Shown: positions 17,790-32,590 of the stretch, piece after piece
Numbering within the stretch: the stretch's first letter is position 1
How the letters are laid out: the number at the start of each line of letters is the position of its first letter
DNA from: Eledone cirrhosa
Lineage: Eukaryota
Assembly: GCA_964016885.1 (NCBI GenBank)
Contig: OZ024743.1
Location: 115,258,001-115,322,000 of the forward strand
DNA length: 64,000 nucleotides
Direction: 5' to 3'
Translations under genes and position numbers: made by a program
Notes under the pieces: generated by a model
What the model saw: the letters and a program-made list of their open reading frames with translations, nothing else
What the model was told of the DNA's origin: nothing
Database searches by the model: none

Positions 17790-20700
17790 GTCTCTTTATA
17801 ACTATGTACACCTGTGACCTGAAATGCCAATGCGTACTCTCCACCACATAGCTGTAACAACATTCCACCTAACTTAACTAAACGAATCTGCACACCAGTT
17901 TGAAATCCAACAAAAAGTGTCCACTGACTAGAATAGATAAAAAAAGTACTCATCAAGAGAAAATATACTCTCAGAATCTAATCAATAATATCATTCAAAA
18001 CGTAAAACAAATAATTATCCAGGTACTCCGAAGAACAATGCCAAAAACAGAAAACATATGATGCACTTAATTTTTGATCCAAAGAACACAACATTCTACA
18101 AACACATAACTAAACCTACCTGTAATACTAAAATGAAAAAAACATTTACAAATCTACCCAGTTATAAAAAGTATACGACAGTCACTAAAATAAATACTAA
18201 CAAATACAAAAAAGCTCACCGAAATTAAAGAGCATGAAATGAAAAGACACCGTAGACTCAACTGTGAGGTGTGCAATTTTCTATTAGAGATGCCACAAAC
18301 TTCACTTCAAAGAAGATTCCATTTTCAGAATTAAGCATAACTTTTCGTGTAAATCAGAAGATTTAACATATATAATAAAATGTAAGGGTTGCAATTAACA
18401 TTATATTGACCAAACAAGACTAACATTCCGAGAAAGAATGACAATTCATCGTACAATTCATCGTAAACAAAATGGAGACCTATAGATGAAAAAGATCCCT
18501 CAGGCAAAATATAGAGGGATTCCGGTTCTATCAATGTTGCCAGTCAACTTGAAAAGAAACCTTTTTTTATATAATCTTAAGCCAAAGATGAACGCTTTGC
18601 AAACATACTCTTTAATACTTGTTCATCCCAGAGTTACGAGTTCCTTGTCAAGAATTGTGTTGTTCTCTCGTCACAAGGGTCGAATATACCACCAGTTGCC
18701 TTCTTTGTTTTTACAAACACATAAGCGAAAATAAAATTTTCAATAGAAAAAACTCTTGAAAAGCTGTTTTAAGCGAAAGTAGTCACGGTCAAAAGTACAA
18801 CGGCTAATTCTTTTTTTGGAAAATATCCTTTTTCGTTGTGTACTATATACATAACATATAAGTATAAAAGTACAAAAACTATTTTTTGTTATGTAAAAAA
18901 AGAAAAATGTTCCTTTTATACTATACACATGACATGTATATAAAATAAAAACACATTAGGCACGTTTTTCAAATGGTCATCATTTTCCCTATATAATACA
19001 ATTTGTATAGAAATCCATATTCTTCCAACATTTCCTTCTCTATAAAATACGATACAAAACTCTGAAAATGCCACCTAATATAGAAAAAATCGGACAAATA
19101 CGAAAAAAAAAAAACCCTGATAAACTAAATGAAATTAATACGAAACAAATAAGCGAAAATTGGACAAAACCGTAAATGTAGACACCCTGAAACAACTGAA
19201 AGAAATTAGTACAGAATTATCCACCGAAAAATAGGACAACATAATTGAAGAAATTCTGATGCAACTAAAAGAAATTAGCACACATCTAACCACTCTAACA
19301 AAAAAAAAAAAGGACATTTCATCAACTCACAGAAAAACACACAACGAAAGATGATAACACAGATATCAACAATTATAGAAATACTATGTAAACACAGAAA
19401 TGATAGTTCAAACAAGACAAGTGGAGGAAAACACCACCTCAATTCCTTTATCTAAATCCGTATAGGTGATGTATTGAATATACACATTATCGAATATGCT
19501 AAAGAACAACTTACCGAGGAAAGTACAATTAAAACCTATCAACGAGGAGCCAGAGACCAAAATACTGTTACGACAAACTCTGACTCCCGAAAAAATAAGA
19601 AATGAAATGAAATTACTATAATTAAGATTAAACAGAAAAAAACACAAGGGCATTGAGAAACAAAGGGAAATCGAAATCTCCAAATCATTCGAGTACTTGA
19701 TCACGTTTATAAACTATGGTAAGAAGCAGGGGAGTACGGGGAACGAATCTCATTACGAAGAAGGGAGAAAAACGAAAACTGCTTCTCAAAATATGAAGAA
19801 CAATTTCAAATAATATACATGTCAGAAAACCCATTTTTGAAGAAAACGAAAATGAACAACACGAAAAATTACGCTGATATCACTCACACAACACTTTCCC
19901 AACACTCAACTTATATATTTAAAAAACAAACAATATACACTAAACTTAGTCAGAAACTTTGACAACCATCATTCAAACACATAAATACACGTTCAAAGTG
20001 AAATAAATCACACGAAACTCGGAAGTACATAGATAATTCTGTACGAAAACAAACCCTCCCAAAATAAATATCCCCAAAGAACAACAGAACATACATATAA
20101 AGACGGAACAACAGAATCGAAACGACAGAAATACTCTTAGATTGAACCAAAGTTATCACATAAGGGACAAGTATAAAAAACAGGACAACAACATAATAAA
20201 TACTGACAATAGGATCCATATAGAGGTACCCTATATTAATAACCATTTTTTAGGGAGAAACCAGAAGTACAGGGACACGATATTGTCTAAAGTCACGAGA
20301 AACCGAAAATAATCAATCTTAAAAAAAAAACATTACCACCCATACAAACATTTACACCAATTCCTCAAAATCGAAACATACCAGAAATTAAAAATGATAT
20401 TTCGGAATTCTGCCGAAAACGTAGACTAGGGAATCATTTCTTTGTAGGAGAAAATAACGCTGAATCACTAATTGACTTCCAACTTTCCAGTTGTGAGAAT
20501 GGCAATACCATAAACAAAGTCTAACTTCACCAAACAACAATGGAATCTGTTAAAATAAGGACAAAACATATTATCATAAATGAAACCGACAAAGGAGGCG
20601 TTGTTGTCATTATGGGCACAAACAACTACAGAAACATTATGCAGAATATGCTGCAGGATAATACATACTATGAAGACACCAAAGAATACAAATTTCGATG
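17790..20700 (+). pseudogene. Degraded PLE in partial tandem: RT thumb plus GIY-YIG (about 17790-18620), pLTR, then the N-terminus of the next copy
   Basis: SCNNIPPNLTKRICT; FRIKHNFSCKSEDLTYIIKCKGCN*HYIDQT; HHR-like relic at ~18755-18795; later IIINETDKGGVVVIM..Y...LQDNTYYE. Confidence 0.65.
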
Positions 20701-22509
20701 TGTTCCCATTCTACCAATAAAAATATTCAACAATCAAGGAGTAGCAAAGGTAAACAGAAAACTATTTTTATGTAATATGTTCAGCCATCTCATTGAAAAG
20801 ATAAACATCAACGCAGGAAGCATTGAATCATATTTAAGCCAAAATCCCGATTGAAAGGGGTAAATATGCTAGAAAAAATAAAATAAATCAGTTTCACTCA
20901 TATAAGCTCCCCAATTGCAGATTCTGGAATCAAGAAACAATAATAATTATCTCATTAAATTAAGACAACCGTCATCAGTGGGGGATTATTTGGAAGCGGA
21001 GAAAATATTGAATAAATAAATAGCATACAAACAACGTTCTTGTTGAAACAGCAATGTGCGCCATTCAATTACTAAATGAACATATATCAGTGTATATATC
21101 AGGAAAATATAACTGATTTTTAATGACGCAACAAATATCAACCCTATACACGTCTATATACATGCATATACATACAAACATCTACACGCACACATATATC
21201 TACACAGACACATATATCTACACACACACGCGCAAAGGCACACACACATGTATTTATATATACTAACATATATGAGTGTTTGTTAGATACATGTGTGCGT
21301 GTGTGTGTTTGTTTAGAAGTTAATACGATATTTACAGACATAGAATCAACCTTTCCGTTGTAGAGAGCTTCATTCAATCGAACATTTGGAAACATCACTT
21401 TTAAGATCATGATTGAATTATGTATAAAAAGTGTTCTATAGTCGCATATAATCTGCGCTCTGTTCATCTTTATTATACGTTATACAGATTTGTATTAACT
21501 GATACCTTGTCCTAATTATAATCTAAATATAAAATTAAGAAAATAACAAAAAGTAATTTCGTTGCATAAGCAATGGCTTATCTAATTTTATCCCTAGAAA
21601 TCATTGAGAATTCAAAAAGACTTTTATTGCGGTACTAATATTTTTGCAGATTTCGTTAGAAAAGTAATTTAATTTCTTTTATTTTTGGTTAAAGAAAGCG
21701 AGATTTATTGAAAATCTTTTCCAAACCAAACACTCTCTCTCAATCACTTTCTCCCTCTTTAATTCCAGTTATATATATATATCGTTATATATATATGTAT
21801 AGGCATAGAAACAGAGAGAGAGAGAGAGGTAAATAGGGAGAAAGAAATAGATACATTAGTAGATAAAACGAGAGACGCATCGGCAGATAAATGAATGGAG
21901 AACGAAAGTGTTGGGATAGGAGATAATAAGAAATACAGGGGGGTAGATACTTCTGAACTTGTCAGTATATCACTATTTAAATTATATGCGAAAGTAATTT
22001 CAAGCAATTATCTTAGTTAATGCACTCATATAAACATTCCTGGAGCGATGTACAGAATTTTGGTAAGTTTTAGTTTAAATCTCATTCAACATAAGTATCA
22101 TTTTCTACGCCTCACAGAGAATTAATTCTATTTATATTCAGATATTAAATTAAGGCGTATTTCTCCCCAGGAAAGTTTTGTTTTAATGACTAAAGTTTCA
22201 AGAACTCTTTTCGAAATAATGTATCCATATGCATCTTCAAACGTTTAATATATATGTTCTCCTATATACATACATAGATACACAAATACGTACCCTGCAT
22301 ATACACACGAACATGCACATATAAATACACTGAAGCGTCCGAACAAACAATCATGCACATAAAACAAAGAGCTTGGTAATGTTTTTGACTATTGATTCTT
22401 TTAAGTGTATACTTTTGAACACGACGAAACAGATTTTTAGAGTAGGGTAAAGGATATCTAAATTGTACAAACCACACATACACATACGCACTGATAGATA
22501 TATATATAT

Positions 22510-24615
22510 GCAACCTATCTGGGGACGTGACAGGCTATAGAATATGTAGCATGGATGTGATGTCACTATATCCACCCATCGCCGTTGATTTTGCTGTGGA
22601 AAAATGCGTAGAAATGATCACCGAGAGACATGTGGCATTCCGTGGGATTGATACCAATGGGCTGGGCATCCTACTCACACTTATTCTGGATAAGGATTAT
22701 TTAGACACTCACGACCTTAGCAGCCTCTGCTCCGTGATGCCAGAGAGAGAGGCAGAACACCTACCATTACCTCAGTGGCTAAGAAGATCCACATATAAAG
22801 ATGGAGCTGGTTGACCAGAGCCATACGGACCCCGAAAACCACGTCGAAGCAAAGAAAATGCGGTGGCGGCCAGGATAAAACTAACCCTTAAGGAACATAT
22901 GTTTAAGTTTAATGGCAAAACATATTCCCAAGAGGAGGGGGCAGCCAAGGCGTCAACATTGTAGGTGACATAGACAACTTGTTTTTGATATAGTGGGACA
23001 GAAGAGTTAAGGAGGGCTTATATGAGAATTTTATAACCCTGACTATGTACTCCCGCTATATAGATGACATAAACATCATAGTAAAAACACCCTGTATGAG
23101 AAAGATCAGAGAGGAACGCTATAGAATGCACCCAGCAAATAGCTAAGTCCATCCACCAGAGTATTAAAGTTACCATAGGCTACCCAAATAAATACCCAAC
23201 TATAGATTACCTGTACTAGACACAGAAGTCTGGTTAGAAACTATTAGTAATATGACACAAATCCTCCATTCGCTTTCTGCCAAACTCATGACCTCCAAGT
23301 ACCTGATCCACCGACACTCAGCAGTTTCCTATTACATGAAAGTCAACATACAGATTGCGGATTTAGCAAGAGTCCTGAGGAATGTGTCTCGCATGTGCAA
23401 TCCTAAATAATTAGAGAGACACATACAACACTTAATCCACCGCATGCAATTCTCTGGATACAATCAGAGAGACGGGATCAGGGTATGTAGAGAAGCCACG
23501 GCCAAATGGGCAACGATTGTAGAAAATGATGCGAATGGAACTTGCCCCATATATAGGAGCAAATGTTGGAATAAGATAAAAAGATTTAAGAAAAAGGACC
23601 AATAAAAATCAACACATGGTATGATAGCAATAAATACCAGAATGTAATGTTCGCCAATGCAACCCCTAGAGGCGAACTAGCTTACAGATTTTGAAGGGTT
23701 CTAGGCGAACTAAAATTAAATATTAAGATAGTTGAACAACCAGGTATTCCCATAAAAGCCATAATTGGTAGAACATGTCCGTTAAAAAAACCCTGCAATG
23801 ATAGGGAATGCATAGTCTGCAAAATAAGTCCACAAACTAACTGCAAAACTAGGAACGTAGTATATAGTATAAGATGTACTGAGGGACAGTGTAGGAATAT
23901 GAACACAACATATATAAGTGAGACATCTCGTAGCATAGGAGAAAGAATAAAATGAATACTGGCCAGAATTTCAAGATGGGAAAAAATCATTAGTAGTCCA
24001 CCAACATGCCAAAGTGAAACATAAGGACACAATAGAGAACATAGATATAAAAATTATATCCACACACAGACAAGACGCAATGCTCTGAACAAACACAGAA
24101 GTGACAAGTATAAACAAACTCCAACCAAAATGAAACAGAAGACATGAGCAGAATAGCAACAACATCACAACTAGTAATTAAGGACAAAATGAAGACATAC
24201 AGAGACACACAAGAACTAAACTAATAAAACAAACCAGACACTTAAATAGAATAAGCAACCAATTAGTGACAAGTAAATAAACGCATAAATGAACATACAC
24301 ACGTGGATGTACCGCATGCGCAAACCAATTACACAGCACATAACACAATAACACGATAGTGTATGACAGGACAAAGAAGAAACACAAAATAAGAAATCAG
24401 TCACTGAGGAGGTCACAGAATGTGTGACGAAAGAGCTTTAACAATATATAAACAACCATCGGTTATGGAACTAATCAACCGGAAATTTCTAATAAATTGA
24501 AGTAAAAACCAACAGGTGCATTCGTTTTTATTGGGAGCATGACCCACCCAAAGTATAACAATATTTGTTTCAACAGACGTTTTCAGATAAGTAATCTTGC
24601 AAAACATATTAAAAA
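22510..24615 (+). pseudogene. Degraded Penelope-like element (RT + GIY-YIG + pLTR)
   Basis: CSMDVMSLYPPI, FKFNGKTYSQEEG, YSRYIDDI (23057-23068), LPVLDTEVW, NCKTRNVVYSIRC...YISETSRSIGER; frameshifts and stops. Confidence 0.85.
24399..24442 (+). ncRNA. Hammerhead motif in PLE pLTR
   Basis: CTGAGGA-g-gtcaca gaatg tgtgac-GAAA-gagctt; cleavage triplet non-canonical. Confidence 0.6.
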
Positions 24616-25129
24616 ACGAAGTATATATATATTGGGTCGTGAAGTATTCAAATTTTAGAAATTTGTTTTTCTCTATTAATTTCTACAAATTTCATACTTG
24701 ACGAGTCAATATATATACACAGCGAAAGAAAAAATATTGAGGAAGAAAGAAAGAATGAGGAAGAAGGAAGAATCAGGCACCTATAATATCAGTATTTATA
24801 CTGCAGCTTTGGTTTTGACCTTTCGGTTGTTTAATTAATAATTATTCAGTGAAGACCTTGCAAAAATATATTGAAATCTAAAATGTCAATTGGCTTTTCA
24901 TATTTTGAAAATTCTGCTGGCTCTGTCGTCTGTAAACAAAAACTCACAGCGTAACATTATTTGTGTGTTTACGGATGTGCACATAACGAGGAAAAAGAAA
25001 AACTTACACTCCAAAATATACATAAAAAGATATCAAAAATTGTTTACAAAATAGTTTAGTATGTATTCTTTTTTTTTATCATTCATGTAATTGTAATTTG
25101 TTAATTAGGAACACGACCAACCATTTTAA

Positions 25130-25910
25130 AGAAAGGATTAAATCATTAATATCGCCCTCAGTATTTGGCTGGTTCTTTAATTTACCGATTCAATGAAGGA
25201 TAAAAGGCAAAGTTGACTTGTTAAGGGCCGTAACTGTATGTACGTGTCACTTTGTCCATTCCAACGATTCTGCCAATCAACAACCCTATGACTCGTGCCA
25301 TTATGAAGTCTAATCTTGTGCAAACACGGCCGATAATAAAATTGCTACGGCCATGGATTAAGTATTTATTTCTGGAAAGGCAAAGTTGATTAAACTATCC
25401 TCAGTACTTGAGTGGTACTTTATTTTTTTGACCAGGGATAGATAGGTAAAATTTATCCTGGTGGAATTTGAGCTTAGAATGTAAAGGACCTGAAAATATA
25501 ATGCAGTGACATTTTATTGAATACCTTAATAATTCCACCACTCTGGAGAATTAAATATTACTAATCATTTGCTCTGATTCTCTAATCAAATGAACAATCA
25601 ATAAATACACATGTCATACAGTTTGTTACTCTTTTTTATCTATCAGCAAATTGCCAGATATGCAGTAAACACATTATCATAGGGTGTTCCATATTAGAGT
25701 AATATGCATATTAATCTAAGATTTGTTCGGGGTTCTCAAAATAGAAGCTTAGATACATAAGTATCGATTAATTTAATCGAACGCGGTGTTTGATTAGTTT
25801 TTTTAATCGAATTCGGAAGAATGATAGACACATTTGATTGCGACCTGATTTGACTCTCGACTTAAAAGGCTGGAAGGAAATATCATAAGACATTTTGACA
25901 TATGTTCCAA
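25130..25910 (-). mobile_element. Cluster of three degraded SINE copies
   Basis: Reverse complements of the SINE core (aaggataaaaggcaaagttgac; ggtggaatttgagct; gatttgactc). Confidence 0.55.
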
Positions 25911-25969
25911 TCAGTCTATCTGAGCTGGGGGAACATTTAGTAAAGTTAAATAAAAATAGATTGGCTTAC

Positions 25970-26085
25970 CTTGCTTTATAGATGACCTGTCCTTTATCAT
26001 AAACATGGAGCATTTTGTTGGGAACCGTGACGTCATGGAAGTACGATTGTTTTTCGTTTGGGAAATACAAATCTGGTACCCATAT
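25970..26085 (-). CDS. Internal exon of a Cys-loop ligand-gated anion channel subunit (glycine receptor/GluCl/GABA-A-like)
   Basis: 116-bp exon between ...tttcttactacaaAG and GTAAG; translates IWVPDLYFPNEKQSYFHDVTVPNKMLHVYDKGQVIYKA(R), the WxPD..NEK..FH.VT..N loop A/E segment just before the Cys-loop. Confidence 0.9.
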
Positions 26086-27115
26086 CTTTGTAGTAAGAAA
26101 GAGACAATATATTTACGATTTAGGATATTTATAATTTTAATTCATGTTTATATGAATGTGCTTGAGTTCATGTGTGCATGTGTGCGTGTTTGAATTTATT
26201 TGTGGGTGCATGTGTGTATGTGTGTGTTTATATGTATGTGTTTGTGATTAGATGTATGTGTTTGAGTATATTCATGTATGCATGTGTGTGCCTATGTGCC
26301 TATAACTTTGTGTGTGTGAGGGTGTGAAACAGTAAAGGTGAGGTGTAACTGCTTTATTTACTTCTTACTAAGAGTTACAATCTCTGCCTGTTGAGCAATG
26401 GTGTCTTACATTTACGCATTGTCAAGAAATTTGGTCGGTATTTGATGAATATTTAGATGCAGTATTTATAGGTACAATTACTTCTTCGAGACATCCTCCT
26501 CACTTAAAACTCGAGATAAATGGCTACAGAGAGTATAATTGATATGTTCTCTTCCATCTTGTGTTTTATACATATGCAGTTATTTTCTCAGGAAGATTTC
26601 ACTGCGATGAACTAGTGTCCTAAGGATTGAAATATATTTCTGTAATCTTCAAATCAGTAGAGAAAAAGTAACTGCAGATATGAAACAAACACCAGCATAG
26701 TAGCTCGGATTAGATGCCCCTATATTTTGGAGAAGAAATAATTAACTCGAAAAGCAAAGCATGTGACGAGAATTGGCTACTCCTCCAATCGAAAGTGTTA
26801 GATATTGTTTCTGTTGTTATTTCACAACGTATAATATGGTACCATGTTTTTCGACCTCCCCGTGGTGGGTCCTGGAAACTGGTACTGATCTCGATCTGGC
26901 AAGCGACAACAAACTAAGACCACTACATATGCAAGAAGAAGTACATATCTCTGATTAGTAAGATATTTTATTAAAGAAATTCATCCAATTTCATCCAATT
27001 TTCAGCAATGTATTTTATGATTACACTAATGTACGTGTCATTCGTTTATTGAAAAATAAAGATCAGTTTTCTGGAAAATGCGACTGCTTTATATCTTTCT
27101 CCGGGAGTTTACGAG

Positions 27116-27117
<2 letters not shown>

Positions 27118-27146
<29 letters not shown>

Positions 27147-27620
27147 CTTCTTCTTCTTGAGACCTAAGTGATATCAACCGAGCTCATGGATGTTATCCAC
27201 CCGTCTTGCTCGAGGTGTGTCGGAGGATCTCCAGCCGTATGACTTTGCCCCCAAAACTGCCCAACCATTCTTTCTTTAGACATTTTAACTCCATGTCCGT
27301 TATACCGGAGCTGTGGGTTCTTAATTCCGAGAATTAGAGACTCTACCTGGAGCAACTCTCTTATCTCAGAGAAACGCACCTTATCGAGTAATGTTACGCA
27401 AAACATTTTTCGAAGAAATTCGAATTCGGCCGCTTAAATTCACAATCGTATTTTTTCCCTCATTACCATAAACGAATGTACGCACTGACACTGAATAGTG
27501 ATAAGTGAGCTTAGATTTGACATTTAAATCCTTTCGGAAGAGAAACTGTTGAATATGATGTTTCACCGCACCAATTCCAGTAATCCTTGCATTTAATTCA
27601 ACCTCCTGCTTTTCTCACTT
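27118..27620 (-). pseudogene. 3' fragment of an RTE-type LINE with a (GAA)n tail
   Basis: KSKLTYHYSVSVRTFVYGNE; VTLLDKVRFSEIRELLQVESL....QLRYNGHGVKM. Confidence 0.75.
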
Positions 27621-27981
27621 ATAATAAGATCGAAACGTAGTTTTATACTGTTGATCAGAATTATGAAGTCTCATTGGAGACTCTAAATGGAAATTATAAA
27701 AATTCGATACAAATGTTGTAACGAGATATTTATTTGTAAAATCCGAACATATACGAATTTGTATTTGATGTAATGTTTCGTATTAATCGTATACTACAAA
27801 ATCTCAATCTATGGGTTTTTGGAATTAACACATTTATTCTATGTCAACATAGCTTAGATAATGTTTCAAAAGTAATTGCTGATCTACCTATCCATGCGTG
27901 CATATATATATGAAGTGCTAGCTTTAGTGTGAAAGCAGAAATTGTTTTCTTAAACTTTTAATCTGCGCTAATAATATATAC

Positions 27982-28013
<32 letters not shown>

Positions 28014-28394
28014 TACATTATAAGATGGTGTTATGTTGAACTAATCACTATTAGAACTTGATTGATGCTTATTTTGTCGACTCCAGAATAATAAAATGTA
28101 AATTTGATTTCAGCGGATTAAACGCCAGGAACATAACTCCTACTGTTCGTCCTTGTCATTAATCTCCTAATCCAACGCTATATTTATACATTTATTCAAG
28201 AAATACTTTACGTCTATTTGAAATGAAAGGAATTCTGCCGTGGAGATTTATATTAGTACAGTGCTGTGTGTTTTCAAATCATTGATACTGACTAGGATTA
28301 ATGTATGTTATACAAATGACTTATTATTTATCGTTTTAATACACACACACTCACACCCACACCCACACACGCACACACACACACTCACACACAC

Positions 28395-28484
<90 letters not shown>

Positions 28485-28664
28485 AGATACTATTTATAGC
28501 TATGTATATATTAAACTATAAACAACTATAAACAGGGAAGGTCAGTAATTTATTACTACCTTATTACCATTAAGAGAAATAGCTCAATATAAGAACATCA
28601 GTTGTTTTACAGAGCAGTAATATAGATTACACAAGTATCAAAGTTATGTTTAAAACATTTAATC

Positions 28665-28709
28665 GCTGACAATTGTTTCTTCCAAACTTAAGCTTGGCCT
28701 CCTCGGAGC
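28665..28709 (-). ncRNA. Hammerhead motif (core CCGAGGA); partial inverted copy at 30081-30153
   Basis: Reverse complement gct-CCGAGGA-ggccaagc ttaa gtttgg-aaGAAA-caattg-TC-agc. Confidence 0.6.
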
Positions 28710-29384
28710 ATTATTAATGTTTGTACATATAATTAACCTCCTATTCAACTGAAGAATCATACAGATACATATATATTGATGTTGTGGACAACATCGTCAT
28801 GTTTACAGGGTGAATGGATGCGACATATATTATACGAGAATTGTACAATAATTCAAATTAAGATTAAAATTGGTATTAAAAATAAAAAATTAAAATTAAA
28901 AGCATAGAGTGGAATACATGCGACAGATAATACAAGAGAATAGTCTAATAATTGAATTAAAGAGATAGTACATGCGTTAGACATATATAAAGGACTGGAA
29001 CAAGCAAATGTATCATGCATATATGAGTACTGTATGGCAAGGTATTACATGAAATACAAGCACGATAAGCGAATATGTTAGTGTATTATGGTGGGTGCAA
29101 TGCGATGATATTTTCTGTATAGTTCAAATTTGTATGTGTGAAGAATATGAAAGTTACAGATTTCACATCCATTACATATGTTAAGTTATATTTGTATTGA
29201 ATATTTGTTATAGTAATGGATTGTAACTTGGTGTTATTTTATCCATATTTATGGATTAGAGTTATTCTACTGCGAGAATTTTCAACGGTTTAATATCCGG
29301 TAGTGGATATGGAATTAAGGGGAGCTAATGCGTAAGGGGAGGTAAGTAGCTAATTATAATAAATACATTATTGCTCTAATATAC

Positions 29385-29628
29385 ATTATATAGTGCCTCA
29401 ATTGAATCCCTAATATAAAAAAAGTTATGTATTTATATTTAATTTTAAATACAGTCTATTCTCTCATAATATATTAAAGGTTTCATTAGATTGTTGTCTA
29501 CCCAATATTATATAGCGCCACAATTGAATCCCTTATACAAAATGTTATATATTTATATTTAATTTCAAATACAGTCTACTCTCTCATAATATATTAAAGG
29601 TTTCATTAGGTTGATGTCTACCCAATAT
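29385..29628. repeat. Two-copy tandem repeat of ~121 bp
   Basis: attatatagtgcctcaattgaatccc...gtctacccaat repeated with mismatches. Confidence 0.85.
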
Positions 29629-29852
29629 TTGGTAAGATATGGAATAACGTATAGCTGTTTGCATGATAAATTAGATACATCCCTTGAGTAAATAAATTAA
29701 TCCTTTATATATAAGTGTTTCTCCGTTAGGCACAAGGCCAGCAATATCACCAGTGCATTACTGGTACTTTATTTTATCGAGCTTTATATATAATGTTATT
29801 TATATATAATATTATAATCCTTTATATATAATTTTATTAAATTATACATTAT

Positions 29853-30040
29853 AGGCAGTGGATTGGCAGTATTAGTAGAGTGTCGGATGCCATGCTTTGG
29901 CGCATAGAGTTACGGCCCTTGCCATTCTGAGTTCAAATCCCGCCGAGGTTAACTTTGCCTTTCATCCTTACGGGGTCGATAAAATAAAGTACCAGTAATA
30001 CACTGGATAATTGCTGGCGTTGTGCCTAACGCAGAAACAG
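29853..30040 (+). mobile_element. tRNA-derived SINE
   Basis: A-box-like head, B box GAGTTCAAATCC, conserved core aactttgcctttcatccttacggggtcgataaaat; many copies in the window. Confidence 0.85.
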
Positions 30041-30147
30041 TTATTAATTTATACATTTAATTATAAATGTATATATAATTCAAGCTTATGGTTGGAAGAA
30101 ACAATTGTCAGCAATTAAATGTTTTAAACATAACTTTGATACTTGTG

Positions 30148-30264
<117 letters not shown>

Positions 30265-30690
30265 AAATTTCTCATTCTGAGACTGCTGGAATTTCAAATT
30301 TGGCGGTCATTCTAACACGGAAGGGGACCATCGCTGAACATTGGATATCGGTAAGAAAATCTTTTTTATATCAATGTTTTACGGGCATCCACTGATGATT
30401 TATAGGTGCCCACCTGCATATATTCCTACGGACTATGTGTAGGCTTCTACATAACATGGACACATTTTCCCAACTTGTAGAAAACTTATAATGAAACAAT
30501 TGTTTGGAAAGGGAGATGTATTTTAATTATTTCTCATATAAAATAATACAACTGGCTATCCGCAGAATACATATAGTTAGCACCCCAAACGTAAAGTTAG
30601 GATTATACTAAGGTATATCCTAATGTTTGTTGAGTGAGATGGAAGCCGGTCAGAGGATTGCTTAAAGCTTTCTCTGTTAATGTATTAAAT
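30265..30690 (-). pseudogene. Possible PLE RT thumb relic
   Basis: Reverse complement gives CRKPTHS-like (YRKPTH motif) and downstream ...YMQ..; heavily decayed. Confidence 0.35.
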
Positions 30691-30745
30691 ATGTATATAT
30701 ATGCCAACTCGTTTTCGAGTACAGCCACTACTTTATATCCATGTA

Positions 30746-31330
<585 letters not shown>

Positions 31331-31352
31331 ACACACAGACACATACATAGAT

Positions 31353-31790
31353 ACATGGTGGCTGCCAACTCGTTTTCGAGTACGGCAACTACTTTATATC
31401 CATGTAGGAGAACCCCTACCGATGCGCTAAACAAGTGTGTCTTTTTAGTCCAGCCAGCGACTGGAAAACTCTGGTACAAACACTACACTTGTGACAATTA
31501 TTGGCACATAGTGCTGGGCCCTTGGTACCATGTGACGACAAGTGCAGATAGATCTCCAGATATAAAGCAATTCCTGTGCCGTGAAGCTTTTATAGTGAGC
31601 AAAGGCACTGCACAAAGCCAGTCCCACTCTCTTAACCAAGATGATATTTACCAAAAAGAAGAAGATGTCAACATCATTGGATACCATCAGAGTTGCAGGG
31701 GTTATAACAGAGTTTTCCTTCTCCTAGAATTCTGCCTTGACAAAGGCTAAGGGGTCATCTCTCCCGGTGATTTTCGATGGCCATTGACTC
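31353..31790 (-). mobile_element. Short non-autonomous RTE-related element (second copy 34811-35247)
   Basis: RTE-like 5' UTR motif ctaggagaaggaaaactctg and 3' tail ctcgaaaacgagttggcagccacc similar to the RTE tail at 2166; homologous to 51393-51860. Confidence 0.65.
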
Positions 31791-31794
31791 TTAA

Positions 31795-32557
31795 TACCTC
31801 CTTTGCAGTTGCATTTGGGTGTAACCGGTGTGGTTGCACGATGGCGGTTTGTGTCATGCGGTGTGGGTGTAGTGTGTGGGTTGTTGTGTTGTGTTGTGTG
31901 TGTGGTTTCGTTCTGGGTTGTGGTGGTGGTTTGTTGAGGGGAAACCATGTGTTTCGTATTTTTGCCCTATTATTGTGTGCTATTGTGTGGCCTTGGTTTG
32001 GTGCTGTGGAGAAAGAGAATTTTACGGTGTGTCTATTGAATAGTTTGTGGTATTTGTGTGTGTGTGGAAAAGATTGTTCGAGAGCCCTGAAGGTTCCCGG
32101 TATGTTAGTGGCGACGTGTATAGAATAGGGGGGGGGGGGTTATACCACGTGACTGGTCTACTTCGGTGTATGCGTTGTTTAGTGAGGTTTTTGTGGTTGG
32201 GTGGTAGTTTGTGTGTGTTTTGGTCAGGTGTATGTTTCATATAGGTTCCAGGTAATCTATTGGCGTTATGTCTCTTGTCTCTATTGGTACGCAAACGTGT
32301 GCGATAGTCGGAGTTGTTATTGGGGTTGGAGAGTATGGCTTTATCTCCTAGACAGTTATGTGTGGTGCTGTCTGCGCTGCCGGCTAGGGAGCGTCTTAGG
32401 TTATTGTGTGTCCTAGGTGTGGAGGTTTCTTCCAAGTTCGTTTCTAAGGGTCCTGCTATGTTTAGCGGTGTTACGGTTCTATTTGGGTCGATGTAAGAAA
32501 TCTTTTCAGTATAACAAGCGTTTATAAGTGCGGAGGCATAGTATTCCGCGTGCTGCT
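31795..32557 (-). pseudogene. PLE RT-endonuclease linker fragment (second copy about 35250-36014)
   Basis: RPVTWYNPPPYSIHVATNI...FPHTHKYHKLFNRHTVKFSFSTAPN...KCNC. Confidence 0.8.
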
Positions 32558-32559
32558 TG

Positions 32560-32590
<31 letters not shown>

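Noticed and set aside
20805-20860. Minus-strand FNRDFGLNMIQCFLR resembling the pre-M1 segment of Cys-loop receptors
   Set aside because: An immediate stop, no following transmembrane segment and no clear splice sites
26700-26800. Weak similarity to DIRS gag-like peptides (..LQSKVLDIV)
   Set aside because: Too short and degenerate to call by eye
29853-29945. tRNA gene suggested by B-box sequences
   Set aside because: No cloverleaf; these are SINE heads followed by the SINE core
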